The translations under genes and the position numbers were made by a program. Below are positions 23,181-35,200 of a stretch of DNA of 64,000 bases, piece by piece (position 1 is the first letter of the stretch; the number at the start of each line of letters is the position of its first letter). The DNA is from Eukaryota sp. TZLM1-RC (lineage: Eukaryota > Protista > Metamonada: BaSk clade). Location: contig JAUPSS010000004.1 in the NCBI GenBank assembly GCA_040285825.1, positions 4,121,784-4,185,783 on the forward strand. Direction: 5' to 3'. Under the pieces are notes generated by a model. The model was given only the letters and a program-made list of their open reading frames with translations, was not told the origin of the DNA and made no database searches.

Positions 23181-24497
23181 TTAGACATTTAATTGATTTT
23201 TGAACTGCTTTAACAAAAATTTTTCAAAATGATCATCAAATTGTGGGAATAATTCTCTACTTTTGGTAATCAAATTCTCAACGTTGATTTGCAACACATC
23301 AAGCACATAATAATTGAAAAAAGGTTTAAGAATATTGATCAAAATATTTAATTCCTTTACTACCAATAAATGTGAAGCTGAATTAAATTCTTCAGGTGGA
23401 GTATCTAGTTCAAAATCCTGTGAATTTTGACCCTTTTCTAATGAAGTCAACGAAATATTGACATGTTCTTTGGACTTTTGACATACAATATCCCTCAAAA
23501 TTGGAGCAAACAAATGATTAAAATCAAAACCCCATTGACTAATCAAATTTGATAGACCAATCAGTTCAGATATGATTGATATTGATTGATTGATATCCAG
23601 ATAAGAACAGAGTTCTTTGAAATAATTCTGAAAAAGATCAACAATAGATTGGATTGAGTTAAATACAAACTTGAGCAATAATTTGTTGGATTTATAACTT
23701 GAATTATAAACAAAAGGTTCAAAAAAGAAAACTGACCGACACGTATTGACACTTGACTTTATCTGACTGCTGACATCATCAATCAAATCGATTATAACCC
23801 CCAAGGTAATTCTAGTTCTAGAATAAAAGCAATCAACCAATTGATTGATAATTTTTGACTGACCATCTAAATAAATTTTACAGAGAAAACAATCACTTAA
23901 TTCAAAGTTACTGTTTGGTAATAGTCTTGAGCAGTCTCTAATCAAGTTGATTGAATTGACACAATCATCATCTACTCCCCGTTTTAGACCATCAATTAAA
24001 TTTGATTGGAGTATCTTCAAATGATCAAGAGTTCCGTCAAGTATATAGTCCAGTAAAGTCAACCCTGATGACGTGATGGGCTCAGAAGTTAGTTCGTTAT
24101 ACTTTTCCTTAAACACCATGGCAATATCAACTGCATGTTGGTAATTACAAGATTCAATGGCAGCCTTTACCTCAGAAGGGCATTGAAATAGGACAGAACC
24201 TGAGGAGTGAAAGGAAAACTGACTAGGAAGGTTATGGTAGGAGGAAAACGTGTCAGCAATGGTGGAGGGTAGAGATGAGAGAGAAGAAGAAGAGAAAGAG
24301 AGTGAGAAGAGAGATGGTAGCTTGTCATAGTAATCCTTTAGTAATTTAATGTTGGAGACAAGGTCGGGAAGGTCATGAGGGTGTGTCTTCACCACTTTGT
24401 TGAGCTCACATTGTAGAGAAAGAGACTTGTCTGTTAAGTGTGCAACAAGCTGATCTAGTTCGTCAAGGGTAGCTGGTTCGTCATGGACATTCTCCAT
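23181..24497 (-). CDS. COG8: COG8/Dor1-like Golgi tethering subunit (probable ATG at 24497)
   Basis: LFQCPSEVKAAIESCNYQHAVDI and SQWGFDFNHLFAPIL resemble the COG8 motifs LLEIPQLM..CVRN..YEEALEL and RVGADFR.LL.P.F. Confidence 0.65.
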   Translation of the reverse strand: MENVHDEPATLDELDQLVAHLTDKSLSLQCELNKVVKTHPHDLPDLVSNIKLLKDYYDKLPSLFSLSFSSSSLSSLPSTIADTFSSYHNLPSQFSFHSSGSVLFQCPSEVKAAIESCNYQHAVDIAMVFKEKYNELTSEPITSSGLTLLDYILDGTLDHLKILQSNLIDGLKRGVDDDCVNSINLIRDCSRLLPNSNFELSDCFLCKIYLDGQSKIINQLVDCFYSRTRITLGVIIDLIDDVSSQIKSSVNTCRSVFFFEPFVYNSSYKSNKLLLKFVFNSIQSIVDLFQNYFKELCSYLDINQSISIISELIGLSNLISQWGFDFNHLFAPILRDIVCQKSKEHVNISLTSLEKGQNSQDFELDTPPEEFNSASHLLVVKELNILINILKPFFNYYVLDVLQINVENLITKSRELFPQFDDHFEKFLLKQFKNQLNV

Positions 24498-24789
24498 GAT
24501 GTTCTGGATTAAAAAGATGTGATATGAGGAAATATATCCCATCAATTTTTCTTTAAATTATTTTTATTTATTCCAACAAAAACAAACTATACGACAAGGT
24601 TATCCCATCAATTCGAATTTTTAGTGTATTAAGAGCTGTAGTAAAAAAAACTTCTGTTATCTTGTCTCTTGGTCGGATTTCTTAAAGAAAAACTTGCAGT
24701 CAATTCGTTTTGGCTGATTTGTGGTAATGAAGGTTTAGAATTTTAAGTTTGATGTTTTGTTTTTCATTGGAATATATTTTTTATTGAAC

Positions 24790-25150
24790 TACAACCTTTA
24801 AGGAAACAAATTCATAACTAATGGGACTAAATTCAATTCACCAAGATTTTCTCTACAAAATCCTGTTCTGCTTGTTCTCTCACCATGGCTTCTCTTATTC
24901 GATAAAAGAAACGAGGCAATCTATTATTCATGGCAAATTGATTCAGTGAGCGACAAACAAAGGCATCATATGTCTTCAGTGTCATTTCTTGAACCAATTT
25001 TTGGAAATCATTCAAAAAATTGCCTGGCTCTACTGATAGTCTTCCTTTTATAGAAAATGGGAAAGCAACAAAAACAAGTGGTCTATTTCTATCACTATTA
25101 GCTTCTTTGATATCTTTGTCATTTTTTCTATGTTTTTCATTCGCTTTATG
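24790..25150 (-). mobile_element. 5'-truncated non-LTR fragment (family A 3' end)
   Basis: KANEKHRK..K.IKEAN...FVAFPFSI.GRLS; 3' UTR CCCATTAGTTATG shared with other copies. Confidence 0.85.
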
Positions 25151-25345
25151 TTGAACCATTTTCATTGGAACAAGAGGATGTTTTGGGAAAAAATGTGTGT
25201 TGCAGTACAATAAAGTTAATTGTTTATAATAAAAGTTTTGTTCATGAAGCAATGTCCTTTCATCCAGTCCATAGGCATATAACCTAAGTCAAACGAAATG
25301 AAAGACACAGTATGAGAAATGAGATGAAAGTCATAAGATTCATAA

Positions 25346-25388
25346 GCAGAAATACATCACACTGACACGATATCACAAAGTGGGCAAC
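25346..25388. repeat. About 43-bp motif shared with 51702-51745 (candidate element terminus)
   Basis: GCAG(T)AAATAC(A/G)TCACA(C/T)T(G/A)ACACGA(T/A)ATCACAAA(G/A)TGGGCAAC at both sites. Confidence 0.7.
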
Positions 25389-25614
25389 CGTCAAACAAAC
25401 AAAGATAATACTAAACCAAATTTATTGATTTTATTTTAAGTAGACGTCCATCTTCTGTTAGAAGAAAGCATATCACCGTTCAATTGAAGGTAAAATTAAT
25501 GGAAGATTATTTTAACAGAACTGCTCATCACGTGACTATGATGTGATGTTGATGTGACATACTACAACAAGTAGATCGACACTTCCTAGCACATCTTTTC
25601 TCTCCTTATCACCA

Positions 25615-26615
25615 ATGCTTTGGAACAACCCTAGGGGACAGGTCTTTTCTAAGATCGCCGATGTCATTGGAGGTACTCCTCTAGTGTATACACTTGATCT
25701 ATTTCTTCTTATTCCAGCGAACTTCATAAGATCACAGACGATCTCGATTGTAAAGGTCTCATTACTGCCAAATGTGAATTCATCTCTCCTGGTTTGAGTG
25801 TTAAGGATAGAATCTGTAAATCGATGATTGAAGGTGCTCTTGAGGCTGGTGAACTCTCTCACGATTCTGTTTGTATTGAAGCTACCAGTGGCAATACCGG
25901 CATTGGACTGGCAATGATTTGTGCAAGTTTGGGTATCCGATGTGTTTTAACAATGCCTGAAAGTATGAGCATTGAGAGAAGAAAGGTGCTTCAACATCTC
26001 GGAGCAGAACTTCACCTCACTCCAGCCGCTGGTGGCATGAAGGCTGCTATCGAGAAAGCTAACGAGTTGGCCCAAGAACATGGTTCAAAAGCCTACTTAC
26101 CTAAACAGTTTGAAAACCCAAGAAATCCACTTGCCCATGAACTATCTACGGCCCAGGAAATCATTGCTGACCTTGGTACTGAAGGACTGGCTGATACTTA
26201 TGCCATTGTTATAGGTGTAGGCACTGGAGGTTCCTTAACTGGAATTGCTTCCGTCTTAAAGGAACACAAGAATGCTAAACACATTAAAATTATTGCCGTC
26301 GAACCTTCAGCCTCGCCTGTTCTTTCTGGAGGAAAGCCTGGGCCTCATAAGATCATGGGAATTGGAGCAGGCTTCACTCCTCAAGTGCTGAAAACAAAAC
26401 TCATTGATTCCATCATCACTGTAGCAAACGAAGAAGCGTTTGAATACGCGAAATTGGCTGCCAGTAAGGAAGGAGTACTTTGTGGAATTAGTTCAGGAGC
26501 AAATCTCAAAGCAGCCATTGAAGTAGCACGTCGTCCAGAAGCACAAGGCAAGCGTGTAATTGTGATTCTTCCTAGTGCTGCTGAACGTTATGTATCAACC
26601 CCGCTGTTTGACTAA
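25615..26615 (+). CDS. cysK: Cysteine synthase A (O-acetylserine sulfhydrylase); one 32-nt intron at 25686-25717
   Basis: Splicing gives IGGTPLV|ELHK...AKCEFISPGLSVKDRI; EATSGNTGIGLA, GVGTGGSLTG, PGPHKIMGIGAGF, GISSGAN, ERYVSTPLF. Confidence 0.95.
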
Positions 26616-26699
26616 TTATATTTGATCAAAATCTTGAGTTTTTGTAAATACATCATCGTTTATAACAATTGTCTTGCAATCTTTTTTGAACTTGATTTT

Positions 26700-27136
26700 T
26701 CATGTAATGTTGCAAATGATACTTTGGTTCACAGAAGAAAACTTAATCCTGTGGCTGCTCTTGTTTTTAAAGCAAAAGAAAAACATAGAAAATATGATAA
26801 AGATATTGAAGAAGCTAATGATGGCAGAAATACACAGCTGGTTTTTATTGCTTTCCCATTTTCGATAAACGGAAGACTATCAGTAGAAGCAGAAACTTTT
26901 TTGAATGACTTCCAAAAAATGGTTCAAGAAAAAACAATGAAAAGATATGATATATTTTTATGGCGTTCTCGGATTCAATTTGCCATTATTAATACATTAC
27001 CTCGGTTTTTCAATCGAATAAGAGAAGCTTTAGCTAGACAGCAAGCAGATCAAGGATTTGTAGAGGATATCTTGGTTCAATGATATTCGTCCCATTAGTT
27101 ATGAACTAATTTAATCAAGTGTGCATGTTCAATAAA
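26700..27136 (+). mobile_element. 5'-truncated non-LTR fragment (family A 3' end)
   Basis: SCNVANDTLVHRRKLNP...KAKEKHRKY, nearly identical to the 41.2 kb and 59.3 kb copies; same 3' UTR. Confidence 0.9.
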
Positions 27137-27865
27137 TAATATATATTTTTCTAAAACATTTTGCAATCAAATGACTTGAAGAACTGACATTGAAGAAAAC
27201 CATTTTACTATGGAGTAACGCTAAGTTTTGCTTCATGATGCTTCTTGACGGACCACACGACTTGTATCTTAAAACAGTATCGACTATTTGTTCCAGCACT
27301 GCAATACAAATAGTGAATAAAACTGATGAAAAACAAAATCTGCACTTATATGACAAATATTTGTGATTTTTGGACTAATAATCCAATTGATGCTTCTGAA
27401 GTTCTTGCTTTAATTAACAAATTACCAAAAAAATAAAGCTGCTGGAGCATCAGATATTTCGTTTGAGATTTTAAAAAGCGCCTGCAATAAGACACCTGAA
27501 ATTGTAGATGATTTAGTATTTCATTTATAACAATTGGTCCTTTTGAAAGTCGTTTCTCCACCTGAGCTTACTGCTACACGTCTCATTGCTTTGTTAAAAC
27601 CTGATAATGAATCTAAATCTTCAAGAAAACGTCCCATTGCAGTAGGTGAATCTCTTTCTCTCTCTCGTTTGTTTGCCTCAATAATTTTTAATAGAATTGT
27701 GAATAAAGCTGGTAAATTTTTTGTCGCCATTGCAATTTGGTATTCAAACGATTGATGGAGCTTCAGTTGCTGCTCTAACATCTGACTTGTTCATTAACTC
27801 CAAAGGAATCAATTTTATTTTCAATTTAGATTTCAGTAATGCTTTCAACAGTGTAAAAGAAAAGC

Positions 27866-28036
27866 TGTTGGCTTTAGTGCACGTTGGTTTTCCATAAACG
27901 AATAAAAACAGATGTTTATAGAACAGAGGTAGAAAATCAAAACTATATTAAACAAAAACGAATTTAAACTAAAGATGACGTGATACATCACGTCATGCTT
28001 TCCAAAATAGGCAGGAGGAGTTTAGCCTGGCTAACA
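27866..28036 (-). repeat. 3' LTR of element B (171 bp)
   Basis: Direct repeat of 35030-35200. Confidence 0.97.
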
Positions 28037-31000
28037 CTGCCTCTTCTTCTTTCTTTTTCGTTGTTTCTTAGCAGGAGGATCGGATAGTTTCACATACCGA
28101 GAATAGGCGGAAGTATTCTTTATGGATGAGACAGGTTGTTTGGTGGTAGTCCCATCAGACCACAAAACAGTAGCTAGATCACTGGAGATGTCAAGAATAG
28201 CGTCCAGAAAGGCCTCTCCGGAATCTGCAGCGGCATAGGCATCTAGAACAGCGGGCGACAAGGAAGAGTAACAAGGCTTAATGAGATGTACTGAAGTTTT
28301 CAAGGAAGAGCGGGTAACCGGATTCAGAACAAGAATGGAACTAGAGGATAGAATCTTCTGAACGGTGTAGGGTCCGACATAATGACCATGAAGTTTGTCT
28401 GGCTTCTCGCACAGAACAAAGACACGGTCGTCTACTTGAGGACGATAAGAGGGCTCAGGCATATCGACAGTAGATTGATCAAGGGATTGGCCTACAGCTT
28501 CCCAGGAAGAAATGAGCTTCTCTGACAACTTGTGCAGATGTTCGATGAATTCTGGCTTGTCAGCAGGCAAGGAGTAGGAGGCAAAGGAAGTCAATAGCTG
28601 GTTGGGCAAGAGGTGAGGAGAGGTGTCAGATCCGAAAATTAGACTATAAGGGGAGGCGTTCAGAGCTTTCCTTTCTTGTGAGTTTAGTACCATCTGGCAG
28701 AGGGGAACGTAATCAGACCAGTTATGGTAATCGGAGAAGTCGAGCAGCATACGTCGAATGACTTGAAGAAAACTTCGGTGTTGGCGTTCTACTAATCCAT
28801 TGGATTGGTGGTAGTGGGGCAAGGACTGGGTATGTTCAACGTTCAGGAATTGGCATAGCAGACCGAATATCTTGTTGGCGAATTCGGGACCGTTATCAAT
28901 GTGTATACAACGGGGGCACCGAAAACGGAGTAAACAGAGGAGATTAGGGAGTTGGCTACGGTTAAAGCTTTAAGGTCTTTCGTAGGGACTAGGATACTGA
29001 ACTTGGAGAATGCATCAACAAAATGAACAATATATCGGTAACCATAGGAATCAACGGGCAGGGGGCCAATGGAATCGCAGTGGATGCTTTCAAATGGGCG
29101 GCGAACGGAATTCAAAGATCCACTGGAGGAAATCAATGTCTTAGGAACGGGGGCAGTCTTTTGGCAAGGGATACAAGTATTGATGTGGGTTTGGAGGTCG
29201 CTTCGCATGTTGGGCCAGTGGAAGTCAGACTGTTGGAGGGACTTCCAACATTGAGCGAAAGGAGGATGTCCGGCTTCGGTGGATCCGTGAACCAGAAGGA
29301 GGATCTCGGATCGAAGAGAAGGCGGAACCAAGATCTTATTGGATCGGGTTAGTTTTAAACCCAGTTGAGGTTCAATCTTACAATCATCAAACAGAGGGTC
29401 ACTATCGGGGATCTTTTGTTGTTCCTTGAATAGATTGTCAAGGAATGAACGGGCGGGTGAGTTTCGGACAAGGGGATTGTTGATCAAATCGGAACTGGCA
29501 GAAGATTCAGATAGGGAATGAACCAAGGCAGTAACGTAGTGAGAGTCGGAATCAGAGGAAATCTCAATCATGGCGGAATCGGAACTGAATCTTCGATCAT
29601 GTTCATCATCTTCGGACATGAATTGGGAACGGAGGAAACGGGGATGATCAAATGCTTCCGGGTGGAGTTCAAAGATCTCTCTGCGAGTAGGCAAGTGGAA
29701 GCGGGAACTGGGGAGGTAGTAGGTCGGAGAATGGTTTGGGGAGTGATTAACACTAACAAAGGCCTGACGACCATCTCTATAATCAATGATTTCTAAGACT
29801 TTGTCTCGTATAACGAAGTCGAGGCGAGAGTGGTATTGAACAGGGTCATCAAACAGAAGGGAACGGATGTCTTCGAAGTGGGAGCAAATATACGATGCTT
29901 CATGCATGAATTGGGGTTCGTCTTCAGATTCGAGGACCGAATGATGATCCAGCGGCAAATAATGTTGGTGAATTCTTCTATCATGAGGGTCTATCTGGTG
30001 GTCAAAAACCATCTCCAGGCAAGGAATGGCTATGGGACAGGGAGTGACCTCGTCATCGTCGTAATGGTAGACGGAGTGGATCTCAGGCTTGATTAGGCAA
30101 AGGGGAATGAAGGAAGTGATATCTCGAGATGAGGGTAAGGTGTAGTCGGCGTAAAAGGGGTCAGGGAGAGGTTGGTGATCGGTTAAGGCGGGGCGTCTAG
30201 GGGTAGGTCTCAGGTCAGAGTATGTCAGAGCGGTAGGGAGTAAGCAAAAATCATATAGTAGTTCACCAAAGGGGGTACCAGTATGAGTATCAGGAGTCCA
30301 AGGGAAATGATCACATTTAGGGGAGTTTGGACATTTTCTGGGGCTGCAAGGAGGAGGGGTTGAATCATGAAAGCAGCGGCTATTTTGGTTGGCACGCTTC
30401 CACAGGTTGGGGAAATATAACGGAGGTGGATCCTTATTCAGATGCGATTGATTGATTAGAAGGTGGTATCGGTGGGTGAGGTGGCGGTTTCTTTCCCAGC
30501 TAAAAGGGGCCATGTGAGTAGGGAGAGGAATCAAGTGGAAGATATGCGCGTGGTCAATCAGAGAACCTAGGGTTACATTGGGATGAATATAGTTGAGGAC
30601 AATAAGGTGAGCGTTCGGGGGCATAACCTTGGGAAGATAGTCTAACTGGGGCATCTTGGGATGCTGGAAGTATATGCGAGAGTTCCAGTTGGCCTGTTGA
30701 ATCAAATCGTTAACCTTGAAGTTTCTAGCATAAAGACAAAGGGGTTCAGCATTGGGATCAGCAGGAACGGACACGGGTCGAGGATCGAAAGCAGCTTTGC
30801 CAAAGTCTCTTGGAGCGAATGTGTTGTTAAATAGGAGTGGTAAATCGGTTGAGAGGACGAAGAAGCGGGCGGAAGAGGGAGAGAGTAGCTCGTTAGGTTC
30901 AGGATTCAAATTGTATTGGATAAAGTGTTTGCTGGAGTTGAGGTAAGCAGTAACAGAATGCTCAGGACGGAGAGCAGAGGGGTGATGGGTTCTACGGGCG

Positions 31001-34000
31001 GTATCAAAGTCAATGTCATACCAATGAGGGGAGGAGTGCGTCAGACCGTCGAGGTTCAGGTAATTCCATAATGGAGATCTAGCCGATCCTCGGTGAGTCA
31101 TCATGCAGCACAGGGCGGGCGCAGGATTGTCAAAGACACTTCTGGTCATCTTCTCTTCTTTTTCCTTCTTCTTTGAAGCTGTTTCGATATAGTTAGCCCT
31201 AGATAAGTAGTCAGCCCAGTAATTCTTAGTTCCTTCAATGTGAACACAGTCGAAGGAGAAGGACTGAAGGACGGGGATCCATCGGAGAACAACTCGATTG
31301 TTGTCTGGGCAAGAGAACAAATAAGCAAGGTTCTTGTGATCGCAGAAAATGGTTAGATGCTTGGTGAGAAGGTATGATGAGAGATTGGGTTGGTTCAACG
31401 TCATAACAATAGCGAAAAGTTCTTTCTGAAGGGTGGACCATCGCTGTTGTGAAGGAGTTAGAATACGTGAGTAGAATGACACGGGCATTACCTTGCGTTT
31501 TGAAAGGCAGGTTCCTGGGGGGGGGGGAAGGTTCTAACTCTTTCCAGACAATACCAGCGATAGCTTTGTCAGATGCGTCGGTGGACACAAGAATTGTGTC
31601 ATCTGGGTCAGGTAAGGCGAGAGGAAGGCTATTAATCACCATTTCCTTGATATTGTTGAAGCATTGGAGTTCTCGAGGTCCTAACTTGATGCGTTTAGGT
31701 TTGTTCTTCAATAGCGCAGTTAAGGGGGCAAGTTCTTTGGATACAGAGGGGAGCCAGTCACGGAGAAAATTGATCGAGCCAGTGAAGGATCGGAGTTCGG
31801 GGACGGAAGTCGGAGGGGCTAGGTTACGTACGGTTTCTATCTTGGAGGGATCGATGCGGCGTTTTCCGTCTTCAAAGATGGTTCCAAGTATCTTGATAGG
31901 ATGTCGGTCGGTCTGGAGGGAACACTTGTGAAGACCGATTCTCACACGATAACAGCGAGCACGAGACAGGATGTAGTCTATTCTTTGTAAGAAAGCTTCT
32001 TTCGTTGAGGCGGCTACGATGATATCATCCATATAGATGAATACTCCTTCAGAGTCAAAAACACCTTTCATGAGGTTTTGAAACACAGCAGGAACATTCT
32101 TTAGGCCAAAAGCAGCACGGGTGTATTTGATCTTCCTTCCAGGGATGGCTATGGCCGATTTCTCTTGATCGTCGGGATGCAGATTTAACTGCCAGAAGGC
32201 TTTTGGCAAATCCAGGGTGGCAATGTATTTATTACCAGAGAGGAACTCACAGACATCAGAAATCTTGGGCAAATCGGCTGGAACAGGGACAGTTAGGTCG
32301 TTGATGCCTCCAGCACCGGAGTAATCTCCAGTTAGACGAGGAGGTTTCCCAGGGCGTTGGACAAGACATATGGGTGAGCTCCAGGGTCCATCATAGGGCA
32401 CAGCAAAACCATTGTTTACGAGCACGTCCATTTCTTCGTTGGCAACCTTTAGCTTATCCGGGGACAGGTAACGGAATTTCTTAGAAACAATCTTGGATTC
32501 ATCGAGGAAAGGAATGCGCATCGGTGGACAGTCTATACCTTCAGGGGCTGGAAGCTTTGAAAATACTTCTGGGTATTTGAACAATAAATCTTTAATCTGA
32601 GTTTCCAGAGCAGGATCGTTTAGCAAAAAGGAGGTTTTGTCCAGATCGGGGAGAGCGGAGAGAGCGGAGACTCGATCAGATGGAGGAATGAACTGATCAG
32701 GGATTGATTCATCTTCCATTAACTGATAGTTCTTATCAGATAGGTTAAGGAAGAGGTAGTCATTGGTTAGAATGCCTAGCCTTTTGAGGAGGTCGCAACC
32801 AATGATACATGAATTCTGGCAAGGGAGTACAGCAAGGGTTACTTCGACAAAGGTGAGCTTAGCGGCGCCTCCGAGAGAGAAGGCGAGCTTTCCAGAAACA
32901 AGGGGGCAGACAACTTTAGTCCGATCAGCTAGTCTTACTTCAAGAGAGTTGTTCGTGGGTTGGAGCTTGGCCTTCTTAGTTAGGTCTTCAGAGATACAAG
33001 AGATAGTGGCTCCAGTGTATACCATTCCGTACAGGAAGGTCTGTTCATCGACTAAGATCTTCAAGTGGAGCAGCTTCTTGTCTACGGGCTTGTTGAGTTC
33101 TTTCTCAAATATTGAGATCATAGGCTTAGCGATGGAGTCGTCCTTCTTGAACAATTCCTTAGATCCTTTGGTCTTGTTCTTAGAGCATTTCTTGGTTAAT
33201 TCAGAGGCATCATGCGTTACTCCACCGTCGGCGTAAGCACAGTCGGCGTCAACCAGCCCAGACTCAGTGTCGAGGTCGGGATTAGCTTCCAACGACAAAG
33301 AGTCTATGTTACGGGAGGGAGCCTTTCCTGGCGGTACCACATGAGATAAGCTTGAAGAAACTTCCGAAACTAACTCGCTAGAATTAGACTTAGGATCAGA
33401 GGATGGTTCAGAATAGGTTGAGGGAGAACGAGGGATAAGAGCATGGTTGGTATCTGAGACAGGAGGGGCTATTGAATCTAAGTTATCGAAGAGTTCTTGA
33501 AACTCTTGTGCTTCAGAGAACGACAGGGAGGGTGTTGAGCTTCTGGATGTTGATGGAGATGTCGAGTAGTTATAAAGGTTTATTGAGGAGAAAGGGTTGA
33601 GGGTCAAACTATAAGAATCATTATCAGAACTAGAGGAGGATGAGGACATTACTCCATGCGGGAAGATGCTCTCGACGGCAGTATCTTCTTTCAAGGCAGA
33701 CTGAATCGAATCAACGATAGAATTAACTTGAGGCTCTTCAGGGTTGGCGTCAGTTACTTGGTTGACTTGGCGGCGAAGGTTGTGCTTTCTTTGGAGGGTA
33801 GGATTGTTTCCATATTTTCGAGGTTTGCTGGCTTTGCATCCAGGCTTTGGGCAGTCCTTCACCATATGGCCGGGCTCCTTGCAATAAAAGCAAGTTATGG
33901 GAGAGGGAGACTTCTGGGGAGAGAAATATTTCTGCTCAGAACAAGGACTTTGACGGGAAGGCGAGGACTTAGGGGTGGAGCGGACAGAATAAGACTTATT

Positions 34001-35059
34001 AGCAGAGCGGTGGGCCTGGGGAGTTCGAGAGTTCTGACGAGAGGGTTGAGATCTAGGAGGAGGAGGGTTTGGGCCATGCAGAGTATAGTAAGCAGAGTAC
34101 GGGAGGTGATAGGAAGGAAGAAGCTGGCGGAGGCGAGAGACTAAGGAGGAGAAGCTATCAATAGAGCCAGTTTCTATGTCGGTTCGGATGATAAAGCGGA
34201 GTCTCTCGGGGCGTATTCCATTCGTAAAGAACTTCATACGAGCAGCTTCGGGTAATTCGGAGGGACAGAGTCGGAGTTTCTTGAGGAAGGCAGAGATATA
34301 GGAGGTGATAGCTTCTTCAGCGGTTGGGGCGGACAGATTGAGTTTCAGAGATTGGAGTTTGTGATAAGCTTCAGCAGAGTCTTCAAAACGGCAAAAGGAT
34401 AACAAGTGGGAAAGGACGGCTTCAGGGTCGTTAGGGTCGATTCCTTCGAAGATCTCGAAGGTCTCTAACACTACAGGGGCAATAGTACATAACACGTACG
34501 GCAACATAGCTTGATGAAGTTGATTCTCAGAAACGAGGCGGCGTCTTTCGAAGGTAGCAACATTGGTAGTATCGGAAGAGTCAGAAGGCGGGTCTTGACT
34601 TTCTTCAAAATCCATCTCGGAGGGAAGTTTGAAGTTTCGAGGGTTTAAGGTCGAACTAGGTTTTCTTGTTCTAGTGGAGACAGGGGTAGATTCGGAGGTG
34701 TCTTCAGTACTCAATTCGGAATTCTCGGTGAGAGAAAGTTGGGATTTCAGAGCAGCGACTTCTTGAGCGAGAGCCTTGATAACTTCTCGGTCAGAATCAC
34801 AGGAGGAGGACTCGGTTGCCTTCGAGCCGGAGGGAGACTGTGAGTGAGTAGAAGACGGATATCTTCTTGTCATGTCTGACGAGACATGATTGGAGGACAT
34901 ACGGGATGCGTACACCTTAAGCGCTTCCACATACTGGGAGATGGCTTCTCGACCAGTGTGTTGTAAATACGGAGCGACTTGAGGGTACCTGGCTACGGAG
35001 GTGGATTCTCTGGCGTCCACAGTAATTACTGTTGGCTTTAGTGCACGTTGGTTTTCCAT
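28031..35059 (-). CDS. Single gag-pol polyprotein of element B, broken by two homopolymer frameshifts (about 31520 and about 28915); protease active site reads YTG
   Basis: CFYCKEPGHMVKDC knuckle; GMVYTGATIS; LDLPKAFWQ, YMDD; VSTDASD; HGS.EAGH..C..C; FVDAFSKF, IDNGPEF, QSNGLVER; chromo-like EAFLDAILD...VLWSDG.TTKQPVSSI. Confidence 0.88.
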
Positions 35060-35200
35060 AAACGAATAAAAACAGATGTTTATAGAACAGAGGTAGAAAA
35101 TCAAAACTATATTAAACAAAAACGAATTTAAACTAAAGATGACGTGATACATCACGTCATGCTTTCCAAAATAGGCAGGAGGAGTTTAGCCTGGCTAACA
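35030..35200 (-). repeat. 5' LTR of element B (171 bp)
   Basis: Direct repeat of 27866-28036; contains the probable gag ATG. Confidence 0.97.

Larger units (their letters stand above)
27866..35200 (-). mobile_element. Full-length young Ty3/gypsy chromodomain-type LTR retrotransposon (element B), 7,335 bp
   Basis: Apparently identical 171-bp LTRs (27866-28036, 35030-35200), TG...CA ends, 4-bp TSD AAGC, PPT at about 28037-28058, gag-PR-RT-RNH-INT order. Confidence 0.97.

Noticed and set aside
31517-31527. G11 run as a programmed frameshift
   Set aside because: It falls inside RNase H, not at a gag/pol boundary, and homopolymer indels also vary between the tandem units; more likely an error or mutation
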